From: an uncultured Holophagales bacterium
GTDB taxonomy: Bacteria; Acidobacteriota; Thermoanaerobaculia; Multivoradales; UBA5704
Length of the DNA stretch: 64,000 nucleotides
Reading direction: 5' to 3'
Assembly (NCBI GenBank): GCA_963842525.1
Contig: CAWJGT010000004.1
Coordinates: forward strand, 192,001 to 256,000
Under the pieces are notes generated by a model that had not been told where the DNA came from, ran no database searches, and was given only the letters and a program-made list of their open reading frames with translations. How positions within the stretch are numbered: position 1 is the stretch's first letter; each line of letters begins with the position of its first letter. Below, piece after piece: positions 21,187 to 30,239 of this stretch. The position numbers and the translations under genes are program-made.

Positions 21187-22512
21187 ATGAACACCGCCGC
21201 TTTCCCGATGCCGGGCGCCCTGCGCTGGCGCGCCATGATCCCTTTGATCAATGGAGATGGTTCGTGCAGCCTGGTCTACGACCTGGAGCGCGCCGCCGTC
21301 CTGGAAGTCCCCGAAGAGCTCCAGTTCCATGTCGCTCTGGCTCTCGAGACCGGCGACCCGGACGACGGCCTGCTGACCTGGCTGGTCAACGAAGACCTCC
21401 TCACCGCGGAAGGCTGGGCAGGCTGGAGCGGGGACACGGCAGATGGGAGCTGGTGGGGCCCTGGCTCCGGATCGGCCTGGCGGGGCTGCGACGAGGTCCG
21501 CGCCTGCCTCGGCCCGGTCGCGGACGACGAGGTGGGCACGGCCCTGGAGGCGGTCTTCAAGCAGAGCGCCGGCGCCTCCCGCCTGCACCTGTCCCTGGAC
21601 TGGAACGGCGCCTTCCCCGGCAGCCCCTGCCTGGAGCGGATCGTCGTCGAGGCCGGCCGCCTGGCGTCCCTCGCAAAGCAGGAGGCCTCCTTTACCCTGA
21701 CCCTGGACGTCCGGCAGGTGACGCCGGTCGCCACGGCGTGCGCGGGCGACTACCCGATCCACCTGCGGGTGCGCTGCGGCGCCTTCCCGGCGCGGGAGAG
21801 CGATCCGGCGAGCCGCCGGGCCTGGGCCTCGGTCACCGCCCTCCTTCTCCGGCTCGCGGGCCTGGAGGAGCGCGTCACCGTGAGCTGCACCCTCGGCGAG
21901 GGAGCGCGGCTGCTCGACCTCTGGAGCTGGGCCAAGCGGGCCGGCATCCGCCACCTGGACGCGGTCCGCCTGTCGGGCAGCCAGGTCCACGAATACCGCA
22001 ACGACCTCCTCGCGGTCTCGCAGGAGATGTCGGCAGACCTCGAGGCACGGCGCACCCCGACCGGCTACCTGCCCCTGACCCGGATCGTCCGCCGGCTCAT
22101 GAACAGCGAGCCGCTGACCCGGTTCCGCGAGGCTGCCAGCGGCTGGGGCCTGGGAGTGGGTGTCAGCCGGCTGGAGAGCCTGGCGCTCGATCCGTGGACG
22201 AGCACCGAAGACGACGACGAGGCGCCAGGAGAGGCCGCCGCCGGTGCCGCGCCCTGCCTCGGCTGCTGGGCCCGCCAGATCTGCAACCACAGCTCGCTTC
22301 TCGCCACCGCTGTCGAGGAGGACCCGCGGGCGCCCTCCCGCGAGAGCTGTGCCGTCTGGCTCGCCGAGGTCGAGGTGGCTCTCCGCTTCTACCACCGTCT
22401 CGCCCAGTGCGAGCCCATCGAGGTGCTCCGGTTCCTCGGCGAATCGGCCCGCATGGCCACGGAGCCCCTGGGCTGGCGCGAGGACCTGGGATTCACGAAG
22501 CAGCCGAGCTGA
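21187..22512 (+). CDS. Degenerate radical SAM/SPASM-like protein lacking CxxxCxxC
   Basis: SD AGGAGG; RRE-like N-terminus; barrel pattern with GGEP, TNG and SIDG motifs replaced; C-terminal CLGCWARQIC-x21-C. Confidence 0.65.
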   Translation: MNTAAFPMPGALRWRAMIPLINGDGSCSLVYDLERAAVLEVPEELQFHVALALETGDPDDGLLTWLVNEDLLTAEGWAGWSGDTADGSWWGPGSGSAWRGCDEVRACLGPVADDEVGTALEAVFKQSAGASRLHLSLDWNGAFPGSPCLERIVVEAGRLASLAKQEASFTLTLDVRQVTPVATACAGDYPIHLRVRCGAFPARESDPASRRAWASVTALLLRLAGLEERVTVSCTLGEGARLLDLWSWAKRAGIRHLDAVRLSGSQVHEYRNDLLAVSQEMSADLEARRTPTGYLPLTRIVRRLMNSEPLTRFREAASGWGLGVGVSRLESLALDPWTSTEDDDEAPGEAAAGAAPCLGCWARQICNHSSLLATAVEEDPRAPSRESCAVWLAEVEVALRFYHRLAQCEPIEVLRFLGESARMATEPLGWREDLGFTKQPS

Positions 22513-22569
22513 GCCCTCTTCCGCTCGCCCGCACAGACCCGACTCCAACCAGGTCAGGAGTGTTGGCCG

Positions 22570-25500
22570 ATGCCCGAATCATCCAGAGACAGGTCGTTCC
22601 GCGCGCTGGAGCTCCTCGCCTACAAGCTGCCGTTGAGGCCGGGGAGGGAGACGCGGGAGGATCGCAGCCGGAGCATGCTGCTGCGGGCGCTCGACCAGGG
22701 GACGGCTGTCGCCTTCATCGGCAGCGGGATCTCGCGCCCTTTCGGATATCCGAGCTGGACCGGGCTCTCCCTGGAGGTGCTCCGGCGCACCGTACGAGCG
22801 CTCGAGCAGGCGGACCATGTCGCTCCCGGATCCCTGGAGTACATCACGGAGCTGCGCGAGGGTGCCCGTCGCATCGGAAAGAAGCTGCCGCCCAATGCTC
22901 TGATGTTCATGATCGGAGCCTGCAAGAAGGTGCTCGCGCAGAACGATCTGAGCCTCGTCTACGACAGCCTGTTCGAGAAGCGTTTCGCCCAGGCACCGCG
23001 CTCCAACTGCGAAGCCCATGTGTTCCAGGCGCTTCTCGCCATGCCGATCCAAAGGTTCGTGACCACGAATTACGATTGCGAGATCGAGCGGGCTCTGGCA
23101 CGTTTCCGCCAGGGTGCGGTGACCCCAAAGGATTTCGGTCTCGGATCGAAGCAGGACAGGCCGGATCGCAAGGGCCGGCTCTCCTTTACGCAGCACACTG
23201 AAAACCTGGGGCGGCTCGCGCTCTTCGCTCTCGCGGGAGCCCGGGGCAATGAGAACATGGTCTTTCACTGCCACGGACGTTTCGACGATCCGGCATCCAT
23301 CATCGCGACCGAGGCCGACTATCAGCAGTGGTACCTCGGGCAGGAGGATGGCGCCTTCCGCTCGTTCCAGCAGAGCATCGAGTTCCTCCTCGGCTCGAAC
23401 CCGCTCCTCTTCATCGGTTACAGCCTGAGCGACGAGGATCTTTTGCACCCCCTGCGCCAGCTCGGCGTCCTCGATCCGACGCGCAAGGACTCGCGGCCCA
23501 TCTTCGCGCTTCTCAAGTGCTCCGCGAAGAATCCGGAGGTGGATAGATACCACCACGACGCATTGTTCGAGCGGTATGGATTGCACGTCATCTCCTACCC
23601 GCTGGGGGAGAAACCCGACAACGAGACCGATGCGCTGCGCCGGGAGCTCGTGCAGATCCAGGACGACTTGAAAGCGGCGCACCGCCGATGGTCCCAGAAG
23701 CCTTTTCTGAAGAGGCCGGAGCGTCGTCCGGACGACAGCGAGCCGTACTGCGAGATCCAGGACGCCACGGAAGTTCCAGTGAAGCGTCTGGACCGCCTGG
23801 AGGACGAGGTCCACCGTCCGGGCATTCTGGTCCTGACCGGTCCTTCCGGCGCCGGCAAATCCCTCCATGCGATCCGTCTGGCGCGGGACTCGGGCTTCCC
23901 CAAGGCGTTCTACTGGAATGCCCACTATGCCCACGAGGCGGTGACCGCGATCGACAATGCCCTCGAATACTTCGGCTTCGGTCCGGCGCCGGAGATCCAG
24001 GGCTCGCGGTACGATCGGATCGCCGAGTGCCTGCAGAAGAACCGCTACCTGTTGATCATCGACGGCTGTGAGAGGCTGCTGCGCAAGGGGGAGAAACCGG
24101 GTGAAGGGGTCTCCTACAGCGTCACCTTCCGCCGTCTGCTGAGAGCTTTTGCCGATCCGAAAAGCCAGAGCACGGTGGTCCTGACGAGCCGGCTGTGGCC
24201 GGCCGACCTCGACCAGCTCCGCTGGGAGGATGGGGGCAGGCCCATCATCCGGCGCCTCCCGGTCCTGCGTGTGGAGGCGCGCGACCTCGTGAGCAACGAG
24301 CTCTTTGCCGGCCTGCCGGAGCCCGATCTCTCGGCCCTCTGCTCGCTCTTGCGGGGACACAACTACGGGTTGTTCCTCGCGGGCAGGTATCTGCGGGCCC
24401 AGGAGGGGAACGAGGAGCGGCGGCAAGCCCTGCGAGAGCTCAATCAGCAGCTCGCCGACCAGCTCCGCGACGAAAGGCTCCAGGAGATGGTCTGCCGGCA
24501 GATGAGGTGGATTGACGAGCACATGGGCGGAGGAGTGGTGCTGGCCTTCCTGGAGAGGCTCTCGCTTTTCCTCGGCGCGGTTTGTCAGGAGACCCTCGAC
24601 CTCTGCTACGAGGAGGCCTGCCCGGCGGCGTTGTCGCAGGAGAAGCGGTCGTGCAACGTCGTGCGCGACCGCCTGATCGAAGCCGGTCTGCTCTTCCGGA
24701 TGCGTCCGCGGGACTCCGGGGAAATTGCCGAGGCCTACACGGTGCACTCGACGGCCCGTGAAGCCTTGTTCCGCCGCTGGCACGGCCTTGCCTCCGAGTC
24801 GCTTCCTGCCTTCGGTCTGTCCGGATTCACCTCGGGGCGCGTCGGCGTCGATCCGGATCGGGCTCGTGGCCCCCTGATTCAAAGGCTTTTCAACCGCCTG
24901 ATCGAAGTCGCCGAGCTGCGGCTCGACAGGGCGGAGAAGGCGAAGGAGGAGGGCCAGGGGAACGCGGAAGAGGACGCGAGGAGAGTGGCCCGCGGCCTCT
25001 GCCGTGACGCCTTCGGTCTGGTGCGGACCCGGATGGAAGCGAACACGGCGCCGCGGTGGACCACGTACGACAAATACGTTCAGCTCCCGCTCGCCGTCGC
25101 GGTGCTGGCGAAGCGGGCGGCGCCGGGCTTCTGGAGCTACTGCGAGCACGCCGATGCATACGACCTCGCCGAAAGGGAGAACGCGCCTCTCTATCCGGCC
25201 GAGTTGGCCTGGCTCTACAACGATATCGCTCTCGCGCTGAGCGCCTCGGGGGATGTCCTCGATGCTTGCTCGTTCTGGGAGCAGGCCTACGAGATCAGCC
25301 GCCTCATCGAGCACCCCGGTACAGGCGGCGGGTTTCACCTGGAGATCCTGTTGAGCCTCGCCTTCACCACCATCGAAAGCGGGCGGATTCCCGCAGCCAT
25401 GAGATACCTGGATGACGCCGAGCGCCTCCTGCGTGAGTTTCATGACGAGGATTACGCGGCGCGGCTCCTCGGTCTTCGCGGCCTCATCCTCCATCTCCGC

Positions 25501-26115
25501 GGCGACCTGCAAGGGGCCGACGACCTGTACGATCGGTGTCTCGACCTGCTCCGCAGAGGGAGCAACCTCCGCGCCCAGAGCGTCTTCCTCAAGCACCGTG
25601 CCGACGTGAAGATCTCGATGCAGGCGCTCGAAGAGGCGGACCTCCTGATTCGCAACAGCCGCGCCCTGGCGGAGTCCGGGGTCTTCCCCGAGCTCGTCGC
25701 CAATGCGCGCATGTCCGAAGGGCACCGTCTTGCCCGCAGCGGACAGGCGGTCAAGGCCCGCCTGGAGTACACCGCCGTGCTGCGCGAAGCGCGGCGGATC
25801 GGCTTCCGCAAGCTCGAGGTGAGGGCGATGACCGCGCTCGCCCGTCTCGCCTTGGATCAAAAGGACGCCGATGGTGCCCGCGACCAGGCGATGAGAGCTC
25901 TCAGCATCGCCAACGAGCTCGGCCTGGGGTTGCGACAGAGCCATGCCCTCGTCGTGCTGGGGCTTGCCACTCTGGAGGCGGGGCAGAAGGATCTGGGCGT
26001 CGCCTATCTCCGGCGCGCCAAACGGCTCGCCGACGACCAGGAGTACTGGTCCCGCAGCCGCGAGGCCGAGAACAAGCTGCTGGAGCTGGGTGTGAATCCG
26101 GCTCTCGAAGACTGA
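22570..26115 (+). CDS. SIR2-like NADase + STAND/P-loop ATPase + TPR protein (NLR/Avs-like)
   Basis: AFIGSGIS..FGYPSW, FVTTNYD, FHCHG, LLFIGYSLSD; Walker A GPSGAGKS, Walker B LLIIDGCE; C-terminal TPR helices. Confidence 0.88.
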   Translation: MPESSRDRSFRALELLAYKLPLRPGRETREDRSRSMLLRALDQGTAVAFIGSGISRPFGYPSWTGLSLEVLRRTVRALEQADHVAPGSLEYITELREGARRIGKKLPPNALMFMIGACKKVLAQNDLSLVYDSLFEKRFAQAPRSNCEAHVFQALLAMPIQRFVTTNYDCEIERALARFRQGAVTPKDFGLGSKQDRPDRKGRLSFTQHTENLGRLALFALAGARGNENMVFHCHGRFDDPASIIATEADYQQWYLGQEDGAFRSFQQSIEFLLGSNPLLFIGYSLSDEDLLHPLRQLGVLDPTRKDSRPIFALLKCSAKNPEVDRYHHDALFERYGLHVISYPLGEKPDNETDALRRELVQIQDDLKAAHRRWSQKPFLKRPERRPDDSEPYCEIQDATEVPVKRLDRLEDEVHRPGILVLTGPSGAGKSLHAIRLARDSGFPKAFYWNAHYAHEAVTAIDNALEYFGFGPAPEIQGSRYDRIAECLQKNRYLLIIDGCERLLRKGEKPGEGVSYSVTFRRLLRAFADPKSQSTVVLTSRLWPADLDQLRWEDGGRPIIRRLPVLRVEARDLVSNELFAGLPEPDLSALCSLLRGHNYGLFLAGRYLRAQEGNEERRQALRELNQQLADQLRDERLQEMVCRQMRWIDEHMGGGVVLAFLERLSLFLGAVCQETLDLCYEEACPAALSQEKRSCNVVRDRLIEAGLLFRMRPRDSGEIAEAYTVHSTAREALFRRWHGLASESLPAFGLSGFTSGRVGVDPDRARGPLIQRLFNRLIEVAELRLDRAEKAKEEGQGNAEEDARRVARGLCRDAFGLVRTRMEANTAPRWTTYDKYVQLPLAVAVLAKRAAPGFWSYCEHADAYDLAERENAPLYPAELAWLYNDIALALSASGDVLDACSFWEQAYEISRLIEHPGTGGGFHLEILLSLAFTTIESGRIPAAMRYLDDAERLLREFHDEDYAARLLGLRGLILHLRGDLQGADDLYDRCLDLLRRGSNLRAQSVFLKHRADVKISMQALEEADLLIRNSRALAESGVFPELVANARMSEGHRLARSGQAVKARLEYTAVLREARRIGFRKLEVRAMTALARLALDQKDADGARDQAMRALSIANELGLGLRQSHALVVLGLATLEAGQKDLGVAYLRRAKRLADDQEYWSRSREAENKLLELGVNPALED

Positions 26116-26160
26116 GACTGTGCGCTATCCTGGCACCCGGCGACGGCGCCTTTCCTCATC

Positions 26161-26763
26161 ATGCCTCCGAACCCCTGGCAACGCCTCCGCTACACGATCT
26201 GGGCTCCCCATTACGACCGGGTTACGAAGCTCCACCGCGAGCGCCGGCGATCGATCGAGCTGCTCGCTCCGCAACGCGGGGAGCGGCTGCTGATCGTCGG
26301 CTGCGGGACGGGGGCGGATATTCCGTTGATTCCGGAGGGGGTCGAGGTGCTGGCGATCGATCTGACGCCGGCGATGCTGCGGCAGGCCCGGGCGCACGCG
26401 CGGCCCGGCGTTGAATTCCGGGTGATGGACGGCCATGCCCTGGAGCTGCCGGACGGCTCCTACGACTGCGCCATCCTCCATATGGTCCTGGAGGTGATCC
26501 CGGAGCCGGCGCGCTGCCTGCGCGAGACCGCGCGGGTCCTGCGGCCGGGAGGACGCATCGCCGTCTTCGACAAGTTCCTGCCCGATGGGGCCCGGCCGGG
26601 GCCGCTCCAGCGCGCCGGCCTCGCGCTGCTCGACCTCGTCTACACGAGCACGAACCGGCGGATGGGGGAGATCCTGGAGGAATCCGGGGCGCCCCTCGAG
26701 GTCGCTTGCGACGAGCCCTCCGTCGGGTCCTACCGCCACCTGATCCTGCGCAAGGCGCGATAG
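26161..26763 (+). CDS. Class I SAM methyltransferase (PmtA-like)
   Basis: YTIWAPHYD, LIVGCGTGAD, RVLRPGGRIAVFDKF. Confidence 0.88.
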   Translation: MPPNPWQRLRYTIWAPHYDRVTKLHRERRRSIELLAPQRGERLLIVGCGTGADIPLIPEGVEVLAIDLTPAMLRQARAHARPGVEFRVMDGHALELPDGSYDCAILHMVLEVIPEPARCLRETARVLRPGGRIAVFDKFLPDGARPGPLQRAGLALLDLVYTSTNRRMGEILEESGAPLEVACDEPSVGSYRHLILRKAR

Positions 26764-26817
26764 ACTCTCCCGCGCGGAAGCGACGACGGGCGCCGCGGGC
26801 GCCGGGAGGGCACCATC

Positions 26818-27213
26818 ATGGAGGGTACGGGCCTGCGCGGGCCGGGTGGCACGCCGGGAGGTCTGGGACAGTTCCTCTTCGGGCTGGCCATGGCGGCCGC
26901 CGGCGGTTACATGCTCACCAGCCGGGTCTCGGTCACGAGCGGTTTCTGGCACTTCTGGGGCTACAACGCCTTCGGGCTCACCCTGGTGCCGTTCATCCTG
27001 GGGATCGTCCTCCTCTTCTTCAATGGCCGGTCGCTCGCGGGATGGCTGCTGCTGTTCGTCGGGGTCGTGCTGATCCTGGCCGGCGTGATCCTCAACCTCC
27101 AGATCTATTTCCAGCACACCAGCCTGTTCGAGCTGATCGTCATGCTGGTGCTTCTCTTCGGCGGCATCGGGCTGCTGGCCCGGTCTCTCAAGTCCCACGG
27201 AAGGACGGCATGA
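26818..27213 (+). CDS. Conserved small membrane protein (4 TM)
   Basis: GGTPGGLGQFLFG start, four hydrophobic segments, SD GGAGG. Confidence 0.75.
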   Translation: MEGTGLRGPGGTPGGLGQFLFGLAMAAAGGYMLTSRVSVTSGFWHFWGYNAFGLTLVPFILGIVLLFFNGRSLAGWLLLFVGVVLILAGVILNLQIYFQHTSLFELIVMLVLLFGGIGLLARSLKSHGRTA

Positions 27214-28598
27214 ACCGGCGCACTTTTCTCAAGACCGTGACCCAGACCGCCGCGGTGGCCGCGGCGGCGCGCTATCTCCCGCAGCCGGCCGCGGCGGCGT
27301 CCGGCCGCCTCACGCTGGCGCTGTTGGGCGACTGCATCGTTTCCCGCCGCATCTCGGACCTGCGCGATCCGGATTTCCTCGCGGTCGTCGAGCTGCTGCG
27401 CGGCACCGACTGCGTCTGGGGCAACTGCGAGGTGGTCCTGGCCGATCCCGACGAAGTCCACCCCGCCCCGAAAGATATCGATCCCCACGCCATCTGCGAG
27501 CCCTGGGGCGCGGACGAGCTGGCTTGGATGGGCATCCGGTTCGTCGGCACGGCCAACAACCACATCATGGACTTCGGCAGCGAAGGGTTGGAGTCGACCC
27601 TGCGCAACCTGGAGCGGGTCGGCATCCGCCACGCCGGGTCCGGGGCCGACCTGGCGCAGGCGGCACGGCCGGCCTATTTCGATGGCCCAACGGGCCGGGT
27701 GGGCCAGGTCAACTGCGCCTCCACCTTCCCCCGGTTCTTCGCGGCCGGGCCGGACCACCCCTATCTCCAGGGCCGGCCGGGGCTCAACCCCCTACGCGTG
27801 GAGGAGATGGTCCAGGTCGAGCCGAAGCTGTTCGAGGAGCTCAAGAAGGTCCAGGCCGAGCTCGTACAACTGATGGGCTGGGGCGAGTTCAGCGACTTCC
27901 TGGAAGACCTGGATGCCGGCAAGCCGCAGAACACGACCCTGTTCTTCGAGACCATGGTCGCCTCGGGGCCGGAGACCGACATCCTGATGACCGCCGTCCC
28001 CGAGGACGTGGCGCGGATCACCGAGGCGATCCAGGTCGCCCGCAACGGCTCCCGCGTCGTGATCGCCTCGATCCACTCCCACGAGTCGCGGCGCAAGCTC
28101 GACCTCAATGCGCCGTTCCTGCAGCCGTTCGCGCGGGCCTGCATCGACGCGGGAGCGGATGTCTTCGTCAGCACCGGGCCCCATGTGCTGCGCGGCATCG
28201 AGATCTACAAGGGGAAGCCGATCTTCTACAGCCTGAGCAACTTCCTCTTCCAGTACGAGACCCTCCAGCCGATCCCCCCCGAGGCCCTCGCCGGCCTGGG
28301 CATGGACCCGCGGACGATCGACCCCTGGCTGTACTACAAGAAGATCCCCTACCACCGCAACAAGCGCTTCTGGCAGACCGTGGTTCCACGGCTGACCTAT
28401 GAGGGGGACGCCCTCGCCGCGGTCGAGCTCCACCCGGCCACGCTCGGCTTCGGGGAGCCGCAGTACGCGCGGGGCGTGCCGGTCCTGGCCCGCGGCGAGG
28501 AGGCGCGCGAGATCCTGGACGGGCTTGCCCGGCTCTCGCAGCCGTTCGGCACGGCGATCGAGGTGCAGGACGGGATCGGGAAGATCCGGCTCGGCTGA
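27210..28598 (+). CDS. CapA/PGA_cap family metallophosphatase, Tat-exported
   Basis: MNRRTFLK Tat signal; GD, GNCE, ANNHIMDFG, SIHSHE, GPHVLRGIEIYKGKPIFYSLSNF. Confidence 0.92.
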   Translation: MNRRTFLKTVTQTAAVAAAARYLPQPAAAASGRLTLALLGDCIVSRRISDLRDPDFLAVVELLRGTDCVWGNCEVVLADPDEVHPAPKDIDPHAICEPWGADELAWMGIRFVGTANNHIMDFGSEGLESTLRNLERVGIRHAGSGADLAQAARPAYFDGPTGRVGQVNCASTFPRFFAAGPDHPYLQGRPGLNPLRVEEMVQVEPKLFEELKKVQAELVQLMGWGEFSDFLEDLDAGKPQNTTLFFETMVASGPETDILMTAVPEDVARITEAIQVARNGSRVVIASIHSHESRRKLDLNAPFLQPFARACIDAGADVFVSTGPHVLRGIEIYKGKPIFYSLSNFLFQYETLQPIPPEALAGLGMDPRTIDPWLYYKKIPYHRNKRFWQTVVPRLTYEGDALAAVELHPATLGFGEPQYARGVPVLARGEEAREILDGLARLSQPFGTAIEVQDGIGKIRLG

Positions 28599-28600
28599 GG

Positions 28601-28661
28601 CTGCTGCAGAGGATCAGAACCAGAGATGTCGGTCGAGGGTAGACATCCCCCGCCGAATCAA
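28601..28661 (-). pseudogene. Possible MazF/PemK toxin remnant
   Basis: TTG start overlapping the antitoxin stop; reads IRRG/DVY..RP..LVL with a frameshift; only about 60 bp left. Confidence 0.4.
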
Positions 28662-28879
28662 AGCCCGTCGAGCTCCACGCTCGTCCAGTCCTCGTCCAAC
28701 GAAGAGGACTCGGCTTCCGCCCGATAACCGGCTTCCATCTCCCGAGCGAGGCTCTCCCGCTTGAGCTGCTCCAGCCTCTCCCGGATCGCCTCGCCGGCAA
28801 AGTCGCTGAACGCCCTCTCTCCCAGCATCGCCTTAATCTCCGTAAAGAGCTCGTCGGGTATCGAGATTGTGGTGCGCAT
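28658..28879 (-). CDS. Ribbon-helix-helix antitoxin-like protein
   Basis: MRTTISIPDEL, acidic tail MEAGYRAEAE..LDEDW; SD GGAGG and TATGAT upstream. Confidence 0.75.
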   Translation of the reverse strand: MRTTISIPDELFTEIKAMLGERAFSDFAGEAIRERLEQLKRESLAREMEAGYRAEAESSSLDEDWTSVELDGL

Positions 28880-29007
28880 ACTGCACCTCCTACTGCATCA
28901 GTAGAATCATACGATGAAGCCTAGGGGCTGTAAAATCTCCGTCCTGGCTGGAGACAAGCCTAGCCATAGAATGGCGCCCGCGGCCGCGCGAGCGGACCGG
29001 AGGAGCC

Positions 29008-29193
29008 GTGACAGCGGTCGACGGCATCTCCTTCGACCTCCGGCGCGGCGAGATTCTTGGCCTGCTCGGCCCAACGGCGCCGGCAAGACCACGACGAGCC
29101 AGCGCCACGATCCAGCTCCTGATCGGCTGCCTCACCACACCCACCGCGGGAGAGGTCCGCATCTTTGGCCTCGACCTTGAAACGCATCGGCGC
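29008..29193 (+). pseudogene. ABC transporter ATP-binding N-terminal fragment
   Basis: AVDGISFDLRRGEILGLLG, frameshifted NGAGKTT, TPTAGEVRIFGLD; stops abruptly. Confidence 0.8.
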
Positions 29194-29264
29194 TGGGACC
29201 TAGATCTTGTAGGCCTAGACCCGTGGTCGGCTTGGACGAAACCCCGGGCTCTGGCCAAGGAAAG

Positions 29265-29465
29265 CTACTTCTTGCCGGTCCCTGATCCGTTGCGCGTACG
29301 ATCAACCAGCCGGTATGTACTGCCAGTGTTAGGGGTCGGGGGCAGAGTGGACCCTGCCGGTACGGTACGCTCTGGGCCGCGCCCTCCGCGCGGGCCTTCA
29401 ATCTGATACTGACCGGAGAACGGGGCTGGCTGCCCCGGGCGGAGGCCGGAAGTTGGCTTGGACAT
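29265..29465 (-). CDS. YjzC-like small protein
   Basis: RPGQPAPFSGQY...GPRGG...LPPTP...YRLVD; SD AAGGAG. Confidence 0.8.
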   Translation of the reverse strand: MSKPTSGLRPGQPAPFSGQYQIEGPRGGRGPERTVPAGSTLPPTPNTGSTYRLVDRTRNGSGTGKK

Positions 29466-29489
29466 GTGTTATCTCCTTGAATAACTGCG

Positions 29490-29684
29490 TTACCGATACG
29501 CTGCCTGCACGGTTAGGTCGTACACCGGAGCCGTAGCAGCATGGGCCTTGAGGAGCTGAATGGCATATAGGCAGCTTTGTTTGGTGGTGTACCCCTCGCC
29601 AACGGCCACAATCTCGCCATTGGGGGCCTTAAAGCGCCAACGGTACTCCTGGATACGGTCTTGGTAGATCTCGAACGAATACAT
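29490..29684 (-). CDS. DUF1508/YegP family small protein
   Basis: FEIYQD...YRWRFKAPNGEIVAVGEGYTTK; SD AAGGAG. Confidence 0.85.
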   Translation of the reverse strand: MYSFEIYQDRIQEYRWRFKAPNGEIVAVGEGYTTKQSCLYAIQLLKAHAATAPVYDLTVQAAYR

Positions 29685-29744
29685 GGCCTTTGACTCCTTT
29701 GGGCTGTCCCGCTTTGCCCGGGTTACACCACCTTACCGGTTAGC

Positions 29745-29816
29745 AGCACCGCTCTTGCAACTGCGGTGCTACACTCGAACTGGGAGGAGTATGCCAAAGA
29801 TCGAACTGGATTGCAA
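29745..29816. promoter_or_regulatory. Candidate operator region between divergent genes
   Basis: AGCACCGC-N10-GCGGTGCT (29745-29770), TCGAACTGG at 29775 and 29801, TTGCAA at 29755 and 29811. Confidence 0.5.
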
Positions 29817-29840
29817 TAGTCAAATTGGAGGAGGTTAGCT

Positions 29841-30239
29841 ATGTCTCGGGGTACCTTTGATGCCGAGGCGTTCTACGCCGCACTCGATGCCGAACGGGGG
29901 TCTCGGAAGAAGACTTGGAAGCAGGTGGCGCGGGAGGCAGGAATCAGCGCGTCTACCCTGACCCGAATGGCCCAGGGCAAGCGCCCGGACGTGGACAGTC
30001 TTGCCGCACTGGTAAGTTGGTCAGGGCTGCGGTCAGACAACTACATGGCCCGTGCAAAAGGAGCCCCCGAGGCTCCTAACACACTGACCCAGATCGTTGG
30101 CTATCTTCGCGCTGATGCCCACCTGTCGCCCGAGGCGGCGGACGCTATTGAGCAGGTGCTCCGGGTCACGTACAATGTTTTGGTGAAAGGTGAACCGAGC
30201 GATGCCAAGAGCACTACTACGGAGGGGGTTCAAGACTGA
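29841..30239 (+). CDS. XRE family HTH regulator
   Basis: TWKQVAREAGISASTLTRMAQGKRPDVD; SD GGAGG. Confidence 0.9.
   Translation: MSRGTFDAEAFYAALDAERGSRKKTWKQVAREAGISASTLTRMAQGKRPDVDSLAALVSWSGLRSDNYMARAKGAPEAPNTLTQIVGYLRADAHLSPEAADAIEQVLRVTYNVLVKGEPSDAKSTTTEGVQD

Noticed and set aside
22579-25944. Long antisense ORFs (also 52215-54386, 55991-58864, 40883-42553)
   Set aside because: Shadow frames of well-supported genes in high-GC DNA
28921-29218. Clustered CTAG sites as IS footprints
   Set aside because: No convincing terminal inverted repeats between them
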